Shown: one piece after another, positions 1 through 9,700 of the stretch
Layout: the number at the start of each line of letters is the position of its first letter
Numbering within the stretch: the first letter of the stretch is position 1
Assembly (NCBI GenBank): GCA_038845975.1
Contig: JAWBQF010000005.1
Location: 39,468 to 103,467 of the forward strand
Length of the DNA stretch: 64,000 nt
Reading direction: 5' to 3'
Source of the DNA: Candidatus Methanomethylicia archaeon
Lineage (GTDB): Archaea; Thermoproteota; Methanomethylicia; CALHIW01
The notes under the pieces: model-generated
Database searches by the model: none
What the model was told of the DNA's origin: nothing
Seen by the model: the letters and a program-made list of their open reading frames with translations, nothing else
Program-made: the position numbers and the translations under genes

Positions 1-797
1 CAGATGTTATAATAAGTCTTTCAAGACTGAAAACACATAGAATGGCTAGGATTACAGCAGGTTTAAAGAATTTAAGTGTAGGTGGAATACCTAGTAGTGC
101 AACATCACCTGCTGCAGCTAATGCTGGAGACTGGAAGAAGTGGCAAGAATTTGAGAAGAAGTTTAACGATGCATCATATAAGGATAAGAAGACAATTGGA
201 TCCGACTTCGTAAAAACTAGGCTACATGGAGCAAGTAGTTACTACTTCCCTAAGCTAGCTGGATCAGCTTTACCAACAATCTCAAAGAATGGGTTTATAA
301 ATGCTGTTATGCCTCCTGAGTATGCTATGTATCAAGGTGCAGAAATAGCCGATTGTCTTGAAGTATTTGGAGGAATACAACTATCTATTATAGCGGCGGA
401 ATATGGTTTAGAAGGGGAAGCACCAGTATTTCAGCAAAAATCGTTTCCAGTAGATATGAAGGAAAGACTTGGAAGCTATATGCTTATAGGTAGTTTTGAC
501 CCTGTTGCTTGCGATGTTGTAGGTGCAAGAATAATAGGTTGGGGTCCTCAGGAAATCATGTCATGGCCAGGAATACCTGGGCTTCACTTCTGCTCAATGA
601 AAGGATTGGGAGTAATGGATCCCGCTCAAATAGAGGTACGAGGACTAAAAGAAACTCCAATACCTGCATCCTCAGTAGATATGCCAAGCGCTATGTTCCT
701 AAGGTCACCATGGGATACTGTATGGTGGTCTGACTGGTGGCTACCAGATCTTAAAAAATACGGAGAACCACGTATTCTATCAGGGCTTGAAGCATAA
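1..797 (+). CDS. DUF362-family (Fe-S/LarA-related) protein, 5'-truncated by window edge
   Basis: Frame is open from the window edge: DVIISLSRLKTHRMARITAGLKNL matches the DUF362 'KtH..vT.alKN' motif; DPVACD motif occurs later. Confidence 0.7.
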   Translation, partial: DVIISLSRLKTHRMARITAGLKNLSVGGIPSSATSPAAANAGDWKKWQEFEKKFNDASYKDKKTIGSDFVKTRLHGASSYYFPKLAGSALPTISKNGFINAVMPPEYAMYQGAEIADCLEVFGGIQLSIIAAEYGLEGEAPVFQQKSFPVDMKERLGSYMLIGSFDPVACDVVGARIIGWGPQEIMSWPGIPGLHFCSMKGLGVMDPAQIEVRGLKETPIPASSVDMPSAMFLRSPWDTVWWSDWWLPDLKKYGEPRILSGLEA

Positions 798-922
798 CTA
801 ATACCTTAATAATAAATTAATCTTTTTATACCCATAACCCCATTTTTCTTATTCTAAATAAATTAATGATGTGTTAATTATGGCTTAAGCATGAAGCTTA
901 AAAACTATAAGTTAGGATTAAG

Positions 923-2146
923 CTAGTCTGAATGACTATTAATTCTTTTCCTTGTTTTTATGAGTGTTGAGCTAATGAGTGCAATTATACTACTTATTAG
1001 TAGAAATAAATACATGAATCTATATGCCTGTATTGGGTATATACCCTCATGTTTAAAGCTATCTAATATATATCCAGTTATAGGCTGATATAATGCTGCA
1101 CTTATAAATGGAAGCATATTATATACCCCACTTATAGTACCGTAAATTCTTGATGGATAATTCTCCCTGATGATTGTAAAGCTAATAGGTATCGCACTAA
1201 TAGATGCCCCTGTAAGTGCTGATGTGAGATAGAGTTCAAACAATGAAAGGCTATCCGTTCTTGACGTTAATAGAGTCCATGAAGTAATATTTAAAATAGT
1301 TGCGAAAACTATAACTTTCTTCCTATCATGTAGGATTCTATCTGAAATTAATCCGAAGAGAGGAGCGCATATTAACCCGCTAATAGGTGCTAGCATTACA
1401 ATTCCACTTGCTGATGCCTTATCTAGACCGTAGACCTGCATAATGTATGGAATACCCCATATGCCCTGGTAAACCATAGATGAACTATAGTTAAAAATCA
1501 TCCAGAAGTTAAGGAGGAGAAAGCTTTTATCTCTTATGACATGTTTTATATCTGCTAAACTCATCAATGCCTTCTTTTCATCTTTTCTACTTCTTGCTGG
1601 TCTAGCTATGAGCCAACATATAAGTGTTGGGATAATCATGATAATAGCTATTAGTATAAGTGCTGTTCTCCATCCAAGAAGTAAAACCATATATGCGAAC
1701 GGTATTGTTGCAGCTATTGCTCCTAAGTAGCCACTTGAAGCTAAAGCCCCACTTACACTTGCATAGTTTTCCTCTTTAATCCATTCTGAAAACAGTTTTA
1801 ATCCTGAAACCCAAGGTGCACCAACACCTATACCGATTAGAATTCTTCCCATCATTGCCATATAGATATTGGTAGATAATGCAAATATAATTACTCCTAT
1901 AATAGATAATGTAGAAAATAGAAACATTGTTTTTCCAGGTCCTATAGTATCATTAAGTGTGCCTATAGGTATCTGGATGAAGGCGTAGAAGTAAAAGTAC
2001 ATTGAACTGAGAAGTCCTACAAGTGTAGCTGAAGCAAAAAAGTCATTCATTAAGTTATCAGCGATAACATTCATATTTACCCTATGAAAATGACTAAAAA
2101 AATAAAGTGAAGCTGGAATAACTACCAACAATATCTTCCTTACCAT
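923..2146 (-). CDS. MFS transporter
   Basis: About 12 hydrophobic segments; 'GTLNDTIGPGK' and 'GLISDRI' MFS loop motifs. Confidence 0.9.
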   Translation of the reverse strand: MVRKILLVVIPASLYFFSHFHRVNMNVIADNLMNDFFASATLVGLLSSMYFYFYAFIQIPIGTLNDTIGPGKTMFLFSTLSIIGVIIFALSTNIYMAMMGRILIGIGVGAPWVSGLKLFSEWIKEENYASVSGALASSGYLGAIAATIPFAYMVLLLGWRTALILIAIIMIIPTLICWLIARPARSRKDEKKALMSLADIKHVIRDKSFLLLNFWMIFNYSSSMVYQGIWGIPYIMQVYGLDKASASGIVMLAPISGLICAPLFGLISDRILHDRKKVIVFATILNITSWTLLTSRTDSLSLFELYLTSALTGASISAIPISFTIIRENYPSRIYGTISGVYNMLPFISAALYQPITGYILDSFKHEGIYPIQAYRFMYLFLLISSIIALISSTLIKTRKRINSHSD

Positions 2147-2325
2147 AAAATTGAAACCAGCTTAATGTTTATTTATACTTTACGTTAATATTCATGAATA
2201 TTCTCAAGATAACCTCCCTTGGTTTCTTCTGCTACATAATGTTTCCATTAGCTAGCTAGTATAGTGTAATTATACTTTTATCTAAGTGAAATAATATTTC
2301 CCATAATTATACATTTAGGTTTTAA

Positions 2326-3984
2326 TTACTGTTTTATATAGGCTAGGTTTACTGGTTTAATTTCTACTAGCATTTCTCCATTATGGTGGAAGAATACTAT
2401 ATTGTTTAGCCATTTCTTACTATTTTCCCTTGGATAGTCTTCTCTATAGTGTGCCCCTCGGCTTTCTGTTCTTATTAAGGCAGCTTTAGCTACAATTCTC
2501 CCTACAGTAATGAGATTAATGGTTTCCAGTAGTTCACCCAATTCTCTATATGTTTTTTCTTCACTTGCTATGTAGAGGTTTTGAATCTGTTTACTTATTC
2601 TATCTAGTTCGTTTAATGCTTTTATAAGTTCACTTCCTTTTCTAGTAACTCCTACATAATTATTCATAATGTTTTGCACTTCTATTCTAATTAATCTGTA
2701 GTCCATTCCCTCCTCTCTTTTATAGAAGCTGGAAATCCTACTTATTTCTGATTCAACTTGTTCCATAGGTATTTCAGGAGGGGCTCTAGATATGGCTCTT
2801 TTAGCTGCTGATGTACCTGCTATTTTTCCAAATACTAGAGTATCAGTTAATGCATTACCTGCAAGTCTATTTGCACCATGAATTCCAGCTGTAACTTCCC
2901 CACATGCAAATAGACCATTAAGACTTGTCTTAGCATATTCATCAATTCTAATACCTCCCATAAAGTGATGAGCGCCTGGAGCCCACTCGATTGGCTGCCA
3001 TTTAGGATCTATACCCGCAGCTCTACATGCCTGCATGAAGGATTCAAAACGTTCTAATTCCTTTTCAGGAACGCCTGATAAATCATTATAGACTCCGCCA
3101 TGACTTGTCCCTCTTCCCTCCTTTATTTCCTTATATGTGTATATAGCTATTAAATCACGTGTAACGTTTTCACATCTAACTGGATCGTATTTCTTCATGT
3201 ATCGTTCACAGAGAACATTATAAAATCTACCACCACTACTCACCATTCCATCTGCTGGTGGAGGCTGCCCCCTAAGTATTGAAGGATATACTATACATGC
3301 TCTAAACTGTATAAACTCCATATCAGTTAATTCAGCCCCTGCTTGGTACGCTATAGCATAGCCATCTCCAGTGATGCCTGGAGGATTAGTTGTAATTGGA
3401 TACAGCCATCCGGCACCACCAGTAGCTAGTATCGTTGATTTTGCTCTTACAGTTAGAATATTCCCAGTTTTAAGATTTAATCCTACTACTCCTACTACTT
3501 CTCTACCAATAGTTAATAAACGTGTAGCCATTACATGATCTATCACTTCAATATCTAGTTCACGTACTCTCTTAACCAACCCCTCTATCCAGCCTCCAGC
3601 ATAGGGTTTACTGGAAACTATTGCTCGTGGCTGGCTATATCCCCCAAAAGCAAACAACCTATATTTCCCATCTTCTTTTTCAAAATATGTTCCAAACTCT
3701 TCAAGCTCTTTAGCAGCCTCTACTGATTTCTCAATCATTATCTTTACTAGAACCTGATTATTTATGAAACGTCCTCCAACCACAGTATCTCTCAATTGGC
3801 TTTCAAAGCTTTGCAGATCAAAAGCTACCTGCATAGCTCCCATAGCATAAGAACTACATCCAGATGGGAAGCCTCCCTTACATACTATAACAGCCTTCAC
3901 ATTATATCTTTGAGTTTCAATAGCTGCTCTAAGACCAGCCCCTCCAGAACCAACTATTAATACATCAGTATCAATAATCTCCAA
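2326..3984 (-). CDS. SdhA/FrdA/TfrA/NadB-family flavoprotein (non-covalent FAD, altered active site)
   Basis: GSGGAGLRAA FAD motif, ATGGAG, TGDG, HHFMGG, HGANRLAGNAL, RTESRGAHYREDYP. Confidence 0.85.
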   Translation of the reverse strand: MEIIDTDVLIVGSGGAGLRAAIETQRYNVKAVIVCKGGFPSGCSSYAMGAMQVAFDLQSFESQLRDTVVGGRFINNQVLVKIMIEKSVEAAKELEEFGTYFEKEDGKYRLFAFGGYSQPRAIVSSKPYAGGWIEGLVKRVRELDIEVIDHVMATRLLTIGREVVGVVGLNLKTGNILTVRAKSTILATGGAGWLYPITTNPPGITGDGYAIAYQAGAELTDMEFIQFRACIVYPSILRGQPPPADGMVSSGGRFYNVLCERYMKKYDPVRCENVTRDLIAIYTYKEIKEGRGTSHGGVYNDLSGVPEKELERFESFMQACRAAGIDPKWQPIEWAPGAHHFMGGIRIDEYAKTSLNGLFACGEVTAGIHGANRLAGNALTDTLVFGKIAGTSAAKRAISRAPPEIPMEQVESEISRISSFYKREEGMDYRLIRIEVQNIMNNYVGVTRKGSELIKALNELDRISKQIQNLYIASEEKTYRELGELLETINLITVGRIVAKAALIRTESRGAHYREDYPRENSKKWLNNIVFFHHNGEMLVEIKPVNLAYIKQ

Positions 3985-4106
3985 GCATCTCCCCCATACT
4001 TAAGATCAACATGTAAATCGTATTCGAAGCTTTACAGCTAGTTTTATTTAAGTTTTACTATAAAGTACTGGGATACTGTTACTTTTAGATTTTTGAGGTG
4101 CTTTAG

Positions 4107-5048
4107 GAAGCCATCTCTTGGAGAGAGAAAACACTTAGTGGATGTGGGACACCATTTAGATATCCGCAGTCATCTGTTGCTATTAGAGAGAAAGTTCCAT
4201 ATCTAACTGCTGTTATTTCAACTGAAACTTTAGTGGAGGGTGGAAAACGTAAAAGTCCTTATCTATTTAGTATGCTGGTAATGATTGATGTACTGGCAAG
4301 AAACATGATGGATCTACTTAAAGACAACATAGATAAGGGTGTTTTACCGAAGCCCCTTAAAATAGCTAATATCTGGGAGAATACTCCTCATGGCTTAGAT
4401 TGGCGCCGTGGTATTTATGAGAAGGTACTTGAATACCCTGGTTATTTTGAGGTAGTAGTAGATGAACCAGTTGAAGTAGGAGCAACAGAGTTTAAGCCAT
4501 TACTTCTTAAGATGGAGGCTGCAGGAGCAAATGCACTTATGGTGGATATTCGCCTTACTGAAATGATGAGCATGCATCGTCAATTAGTAGAAATGGGAAT
4601 ATATGGTAAGTATCCTGTAATAACCTATGGAGCTCGAGGAGGTGAAAAAACCTTTAGAGATGAGTTTAAGGATAAATCCAATTATGTTATATGGGGTACA
4701 TTCTTCTCAGATAGATTACCCTATCCCCAGATAAAGAGCTTTATTGAGAAATGGAAAAAGATTAGTGATCTCCCTGTTGAATGGTATGCAGCTGTTGGAT
4801 ATGAAAATGCAAGAATAATGTTTAAGGCAATAGAGGCAGCAGGATCCTTAAATAGAGATAAGATAAGAGATGCTTTACAGAATATTGTGGTTAAAGACGT
4901 TATGTTTCCTGGACAGAAAATTAGCTTTGATGAGTTCGGAATGGCGCATTATCCTTACCTTATAGTACAGAATGTTCCAGATGGTCAAACAAGAATAATA
5001 TATCCGCCAGAACTAGCCGAAGCATCTTTTATCCCTATTGGTAAGTAG
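4107..5048 (+). pseudogene. Branched-chain amino acid (Liv-type) ABC substrate-binding protein, N-terminally truncated
   Basis: Frame opens after TAG at 4104-4106 with LSGCGTPF..EKVPYLT (normally an internal segment); no signal peptide; precedes livHMGF. Confidence 0.6.
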
Positions 5049-5060
5049 GTGTAAATATTA

Positions 5061-5924
5061 GTGGATGGATTATTTCTTTCTCTTTTTTTACATTTTATAT
5101 TTTTAAGTTCAACCTATGCCTTAATGGCCTATGGAATGGCTCTTATTTGTGGAATTATGAGAATAATAAATGTTTTACATGCTGGATTCATTATGTTTGG
5201 CGGTTATTTTGCATATGCCTTATTTATCTATTATGGTATAGATCCATTAATTTCATCAATTATTCTAATTCCAGTAGCTTTTATACTTGGTTTTAGTATT
5301 CATAGGGCATTACTAGCTCGATTGGCTAAAACCTCCATTCAGATGACGCTTTTACTCTTATTTGCTCTTTGGATAATAGCTCAGAATCTATCATTACTGT
5401 TATTTACAGCTGATCCCCGTATGATAGCATCAAGGCTACCATATGCTTTTGAAATAAATTTAGGTGGTGTAAACGTATCTTTTCAGAGAATAGTTCTTCT
5501 ATGCGCCTTTACTCTAGTATCTTTTCTTACATACATGTTGCTGAATAGAACAATGTTGGGGAAAGCTATTAGAGGTACATCGCAGGATGAGGAAGCAGCA
5601 TCCTATTGCGGTGTAAATACAGAACTTATAAAGGATGTAGCATTCGGTATTGGTACTGTTTTAGCCTCTATATTTGGAGCTTTAGCAACTATACTATATC
5701 CAATTGATCCATTTTTTGGAACTGTTTTTCAGTTTAAAGTTTTTGTAATAACTGTATTGGCTGGAATGGAGAACGTAATAGGTGTATTTATTGCTTCCAT
5801 GATGATTAGCGCTATTGAAAGTATTGCTGGATTCTATGTGAAGTTCGGCTTACTTGATATTGTTACATATGTAGTGTTTCTAGTAGTTCTTATCATATGG
5901 CCTCAAGGCTTATTTAGAAGGTGA
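5061..5924 (+). CDS. livH: Branched-chain amino acid ABC permease LivH
   Basis: GMALICGIMRIINVLHA; LGKAIRGTSQDEEAASYCGVN motif. Confidence 0.85.
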   Translation: MDGLFLSLFLHFIFLSSTYALMAYGMALICGIMRIINVLHAGFIMFGGYFAYALFIYYGIDPLISSIILIPVAFILGFSIHRALLARLAKTSIQMTLLLLFALWIIAQNLSLLLFTADPRMIASRLPYAFEINLGGVNVSFQRIVLLCAFTLVSFLTYMLLNRTMLGKAIRGTSQDEEAASYCGVNTELIKDVAFGIGTVLASIFGALATILYPIDPFFGTVFQFKVFVITVLAGMENVIGVFIASMMISAIESIAGFYVKFGLLDIVTYVVFLVVLIIWPQGLFRR

Positions 5925-5928
5925 TTAA

Positions 5929-6897
5929 ATGAAGATCAACTATAAAATACTATTTACTATAACTCTCCTAGTAGTTATGGTAGTAATTCCAGGAATGCCT
6001 AGGGCTGATGTAATTGTAAGATATCTTTTATGGGCTTTCCTTATCATAACGTTAAGCTCAGGATGGAATATTATTGGTGGGTACGCTGGTCAGTTTTCTC
6101 TTGGTCATTCTGTATTTTACGGTGTTGGAGCATATGTTTTCGTTATGTTTTTCCATAGTTTTAAAATTCACTGGGCTCTATCAATTCTTATAGCTGGTAT
6201 ATTTTCAACTATTACTTCGGTAGCTATAGGTATCCCTACTTTAAGATTGAGAGGAGGCTACTTTGCTGTTGGTACTTTAGCTTTATCTGAGGTTATGAGG
6301 GTATGGGCAAATAATGCCCCGGAAGTTTTTAAAGGCGGCGTTACGGGAATAGCTGTTACATTGCCTGAAGGTTGGAGTATCATTCATTCCTATTATCTAA
6401 TGCTTAACTTAACAGTAATAGCCATAGCTACTAGTTATTTTGTGAAGAATTCTACGTTAGGATTAAAGTTAAGAGCAATTAAAGATGATGAAGACGCAGC
6501 GGAGGGTTTAGGTGTTAACGTTTTAACATGTAAAATAGTAGCATTAATGTTAAGCTCCCTTATTGTAGGCTTAGCTGGTGCTACTCAAATTACTTTTACT
6601 GCATATGTTAGTCCAGATAGTGTATTTGGTACTAAGCGTAGTTTAGAAATGGTTCTTGCATGTCTACTTGGAGGTTTAGGAACAATATATGGTCCTATAA
6701 TAGGTGGAGCATTATTTGAACTTCTGGCAAGAATCCTATGGGGGTTTCCGCATTTCCATTTATTAATCTATGGGAGCATAATAGCTGTCCTAATTGTTTT
6801 TGAACCTAGAGGGGTTATTGGTATAGCTGATAAGTTAAAGCATATATTAAGATTAAAACAATTCCTAAAGGTGAATAGTATTGCTAGAGGGCGTTAA
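5929..6897 (+). CDS. livM: Branched-chain amino acid ABC permease LivM
   Basis: WNIIGGYAGQFSLGH, LRLRGGYFAVGTLA, AIKDDEDAAEGLGVN. Confidence 0.88.
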   Translation: MKINYKILFTITLLVVMVVIPGMPRADVIVRYLLWAFLIITLSSGWNIIGGYAGQFSLGHSVFYGVGAYVFVMFFHSFKIHWALSILIAGIFSTITSVAIGIPTLRLRGGYFAVGTLALSEVMRVWANNAPEVFKGGVTGIAVTLPEGWSIIHSYYLMLNLTVIAIATSYFVKNSTLGLKLRAIKDDEDAAEGLGVNVLTCKIVALMLSSLIVGLAGATQITFTAYVSPDSVFGTKRSLEMVLACLLGGLGTIYGPIIGGALFELLARILWGFPHFHLLIYGSIIAVLIVFEPRGVIGIADKLKHILRLKQFLKVNSIARGR

Positions 6898-7609
6898 TAT
6901 TTCTAAGTTTTTCGGTGGGTTAGCAGCACTTAAAAATGTTAGTTTCTCACTGAACAAGAGGGAAATAGTTGGATTAATAGGACCTAATGGTGCAGGCAAA
7001 ACTACTCTGTTTAACATAATAACTGGTTTTATCCCCCCGTCTTCAGGCACTATACTTTTCAAGGGTAAGAAGCTAAATGGTCTTAAACCCCATAAAATAT
7101 GTAGATCCGGAATTGCTAGAACTTATCAAATTGTTAAACCTTTCTCTAATTTAACAGTATTGGAGAACGTTACTGTAGGTATAGTTTCTAGAGAGAAGAA
7201 TAGGGTAAGTTTCAGTAAAGCTAGAAGTGAAGCTTTAGAAATACTTAAGCTTGTAGGATTAGAAAATAAGGAATCTGTATTAGCGAAAAACCTAACATTA
7301 ATGGATAAGAAGATGCTTGAATTTGCTAGAGCTTTAGCTACTAAGCCTGAAGTTCTACTATTAGATGAAGTATGCGCTGGACTAAATCCAACTGAGATTT
7401 ATAGAGCTATACAACTCATAAAGAGTCTACGAGAGCATGGTATTACAATTTTTTGGATTGAACACATAATGAGAGCGATCATGACTGTTGCCGATAGAAT
7501 TATAGTTTTACATCATGGAGAGAAAATAGCGGAAGGCCCCCCTAAAGAGATAGCAAATGATTCTAGAGTAATAGATGCTTATCTAGGTGAAAAATATCTA
7601 TTAGGATAG
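6881..7609 (+). CDS. livG: ABC ATP-binding protein LivG
   Basis: GPNGAGKTT Walker A, GIARTYQ, LLLDE, C-terminal VIDAYLG. Confidence 0.9.
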   Translation: MLEGVNISKFFGGLAALKNVSFSLNKREIVGLIGPNGAGKTTLFNIITGFIPPSSGTILFKGKKLNGLKPHKICRSGIARTYQIVKPFSNLTVLENVTVGIVSREKNRVSFSKARSEALEILKLVGLENKESVLAKNLTLMDKKMLEFARALATKPEVLLLDEVCAGLNPTEIYRAIQLIKSLREHGITIFWIEHIMRAIMTVADRIIVLHHGEKIAEGPPKEIANDSRVIDAYLGEKYLLG

Positions 7610-7619
7610 CTGATCTAAA

Positions 7620-8324
7620 ATGTTAAAGGTTAATTCCATCAATGTCTTTTACGGGGAGCTTCAAGCTCTATGGAATGTTTCCCTTAGAATAGATGAAAAG
7701 GAGAAAGTAGCTATTCTTGGCTCTAATGGAGCTGGTAAAACAACAACGTTGAGAGCTATCCTAGGAGTATTACCTATCAAAAGCGGCTCTATAATGTTTC
7801 TAGATAGGGAAATCCATCGTTTACCTACGCATAAAATTGTTGAGCTAGGAATAGCTATTGTTCCTGAGGGGAGGCGGCTCTTCCCTCGCTTAACAGTTCT
7901 TGAAAATCTTGAATTAGGAGCCTATAGCCGTAAGGCTAGAGAGAAAATGAGGGATACCTTAGAATGGATATATCAGATCTTCCCTATACTTAAGGAAAGA
8001 AGGAATCAAATAGCCGGTACATTAAGTGGTGGAGAACAACAAATGTTAGCTATAGGTAGAGCATTAATGTCAAAACCTAAACTACTTTTAATGGATGAAC
8101 CAACATTAGGACTTGCACCAAAAATAGCTTTATCCGTTTTTGAAATAGTCAATAAAATAAGTAATGAGGGTGTCACTATATTACTTGTCGAACAGAATGT
8201 ACGTCATACTCTAGAGATTGTTGATAGAGCCTATATTCTTGAAGGAGGTAAAATTGTAATGGAGGGTGAAAGCAACCAGCTAATAGATAACGAATATGTG
8301 AAAAAGTCTTATTTAGGCCTATAA
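7620..8324 (+). CDS. livF: ABC ATP-binding protein LivF
   Basis: GSNGAGKTT, VPEGRRLF, LSGGEQQM, DEPTLGLAP. Confidence 0.92.
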   Translation: MLKVNSINVFYGELQALWNVSLRIDEKEKVAILGSNGAGKTTTLRAILGVLPIKSGSIMFLDREIHRLPTHKIVELGIAIVPEGRRLFPRLTVLENLELGAYSRKAREKMRDTLEWIYQIFPILKERRNQIAGTLSGGEQQMLAIGRALMSKPKLLLMDEPTLGLAPKIALSVFEIVNKISNEGVTILLVEQNVRHTLEIVDRAYILEGGKIVMEGESNQLIDNEYVKKSYLGL

Positions 8325-8653
8325 CCAAGCTTATATTATTCTAACTAAATGATTAGCTTATATTTCAGTTAGGATAAAATAGTAATACGCTCCACTCTAT
8401 TAACTCGTTTTTAAAGCGTTTCATCCACTATGTGAAGGCATAGTATTTGTTAGCTTAAGTTAATAAGGCAGCATAATCTATAAGCAGCCTCTAATACTAA
8501 TATAACTAAAGTCCTTAGTTAAGAAGTGATGTAGTGAATTGCTTAGCTTCAATATAGCTATGTTTCTCATTTTATGTTTATACGTTTACTTAAAATTTAA
8601 ATGTATTTTTAAACATATATTTATTAGCTTTGCTTAATTAATGGAATGAGACT

Positions 8654-9688
8654 ATGAATCGGGGTTTAAAAATAGCTGTTTTACTTGTAGCTGCAGTAAT
8701 TATTATTGCAGTTGCTTATACAGTATTCAGCCCTAAAGTCCCACCTACAACACCTACCGGAAAGATTAGAGTAGCTGTAATATATGTTACTCCAATAGAA
8801 GAGCCTTGGAATACTGTTATGCATGAAGCTATGAGTTGGGCTGTTAGTAACTTAAATGTAGAGTATGTATATTCTGAAAAGGTAGATACTGCTGACGTAG
8901 AGAGAGTTATTAGAGAATATATTGCTGCAGGCTATGACATAATTATTCCCCATAGCTGGGGCTATCATCCAGTAACAATTAAGGTAGCTAAAGAATATAG
9001 TAAAGTTGCATTTGCTCAGGGTTCAGGTCCACTAGATTTAGAATATCCGCCAAATATTGTTCTCTACGATTACTGGATTCAAGATGCTTCCTATATAGCT
9101 GGGGTAATAGCCGGAAAGATGACTAAGACAAATGTTATTGGTGTTGTTGCAGCTTATCCTGTTCCAGATGTAAATAGGCTTGTTAATGCTTTTGCAGCTG
9201 GAGCTAAATCAGTTAATCCAAATGTTAACATTAGGGTAATATATATTGAAAGCTGGTTTGACCCAATAAAGGGGAAGGAAGCCGCTAAAGCTTTAATTGA
9301 TGAAGGTGCAGATTTCATATATGCTGAAAGATATGGTCCATTCGAAGCTGCTAAGGAGGCAATGCAGAAAGGGAAAACTGTATACTGTTTTGGAAATATT
9401 GTTGATCAATCCCAGCTAGCACCTGAGGTAGTATTGGCTAGTGTAGCTTGGGATTTAAAAACATTCGTTAAACACTTAGTTGAGATGAAGAGAAGTGGAG
9501 AATGGAAAGGTGGAGTGTATAATTGGGGTATGAAGGAGGGATGGGCGAAGCTTATTTGGAATCAAGCTCTTAAAAGCAAAGTTCCTGGAGATGTAATATC
9601 TCTAACAGAGAAAATACAGGATGATATAGTGAATGGAAGGCTGAAAGTACCAATATATGAAGATTGGAATCCTGAGAGATGGAAGTAG
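8654..9688 (+). CDS. BMP-family (nucleoside/purine-type) ABC substrate-binding protein
   Basis: N-terminal membrane anchor; YIAGVIAGKMTKTNVIGVVAAYPVPDV..VNAFAAGAKSVNP and SWFDP motifs. Confidence 0.88.
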   Translation: MNRGLKIAVLLVAAVIIIAVAYTVFSPKVPPTTPTGKIRVAVIYVTPIEEPWNTVMHEAMSWAVSNLNVEYVYSEKVDTADVERVIREYIAAGYDIIIPHSWGYHPVTIKVAKEYSKVAFAQGSGPLDLEYPPNIVLYDYWIQDASYIAGVIAGKMTKTNVIGVVAAYPVPDVNRLVNAFAAGAKSVNPNVNIRVIYIESWFDPIKGKEAAKALIDEGADFIYAERYGPFEAAKEAMQKGKTVYCFGNIVDQSQLAPEVVLASVAWDLKTFVKHLVEMKRSGEWKGGVYNWGMKEGWAKLIWNQALKSKVPGDVISLTEKIQDDIVNGRLKVPIYEDWNPERWK

Positions 9689-9700
9689 CCTTTCCTAATT

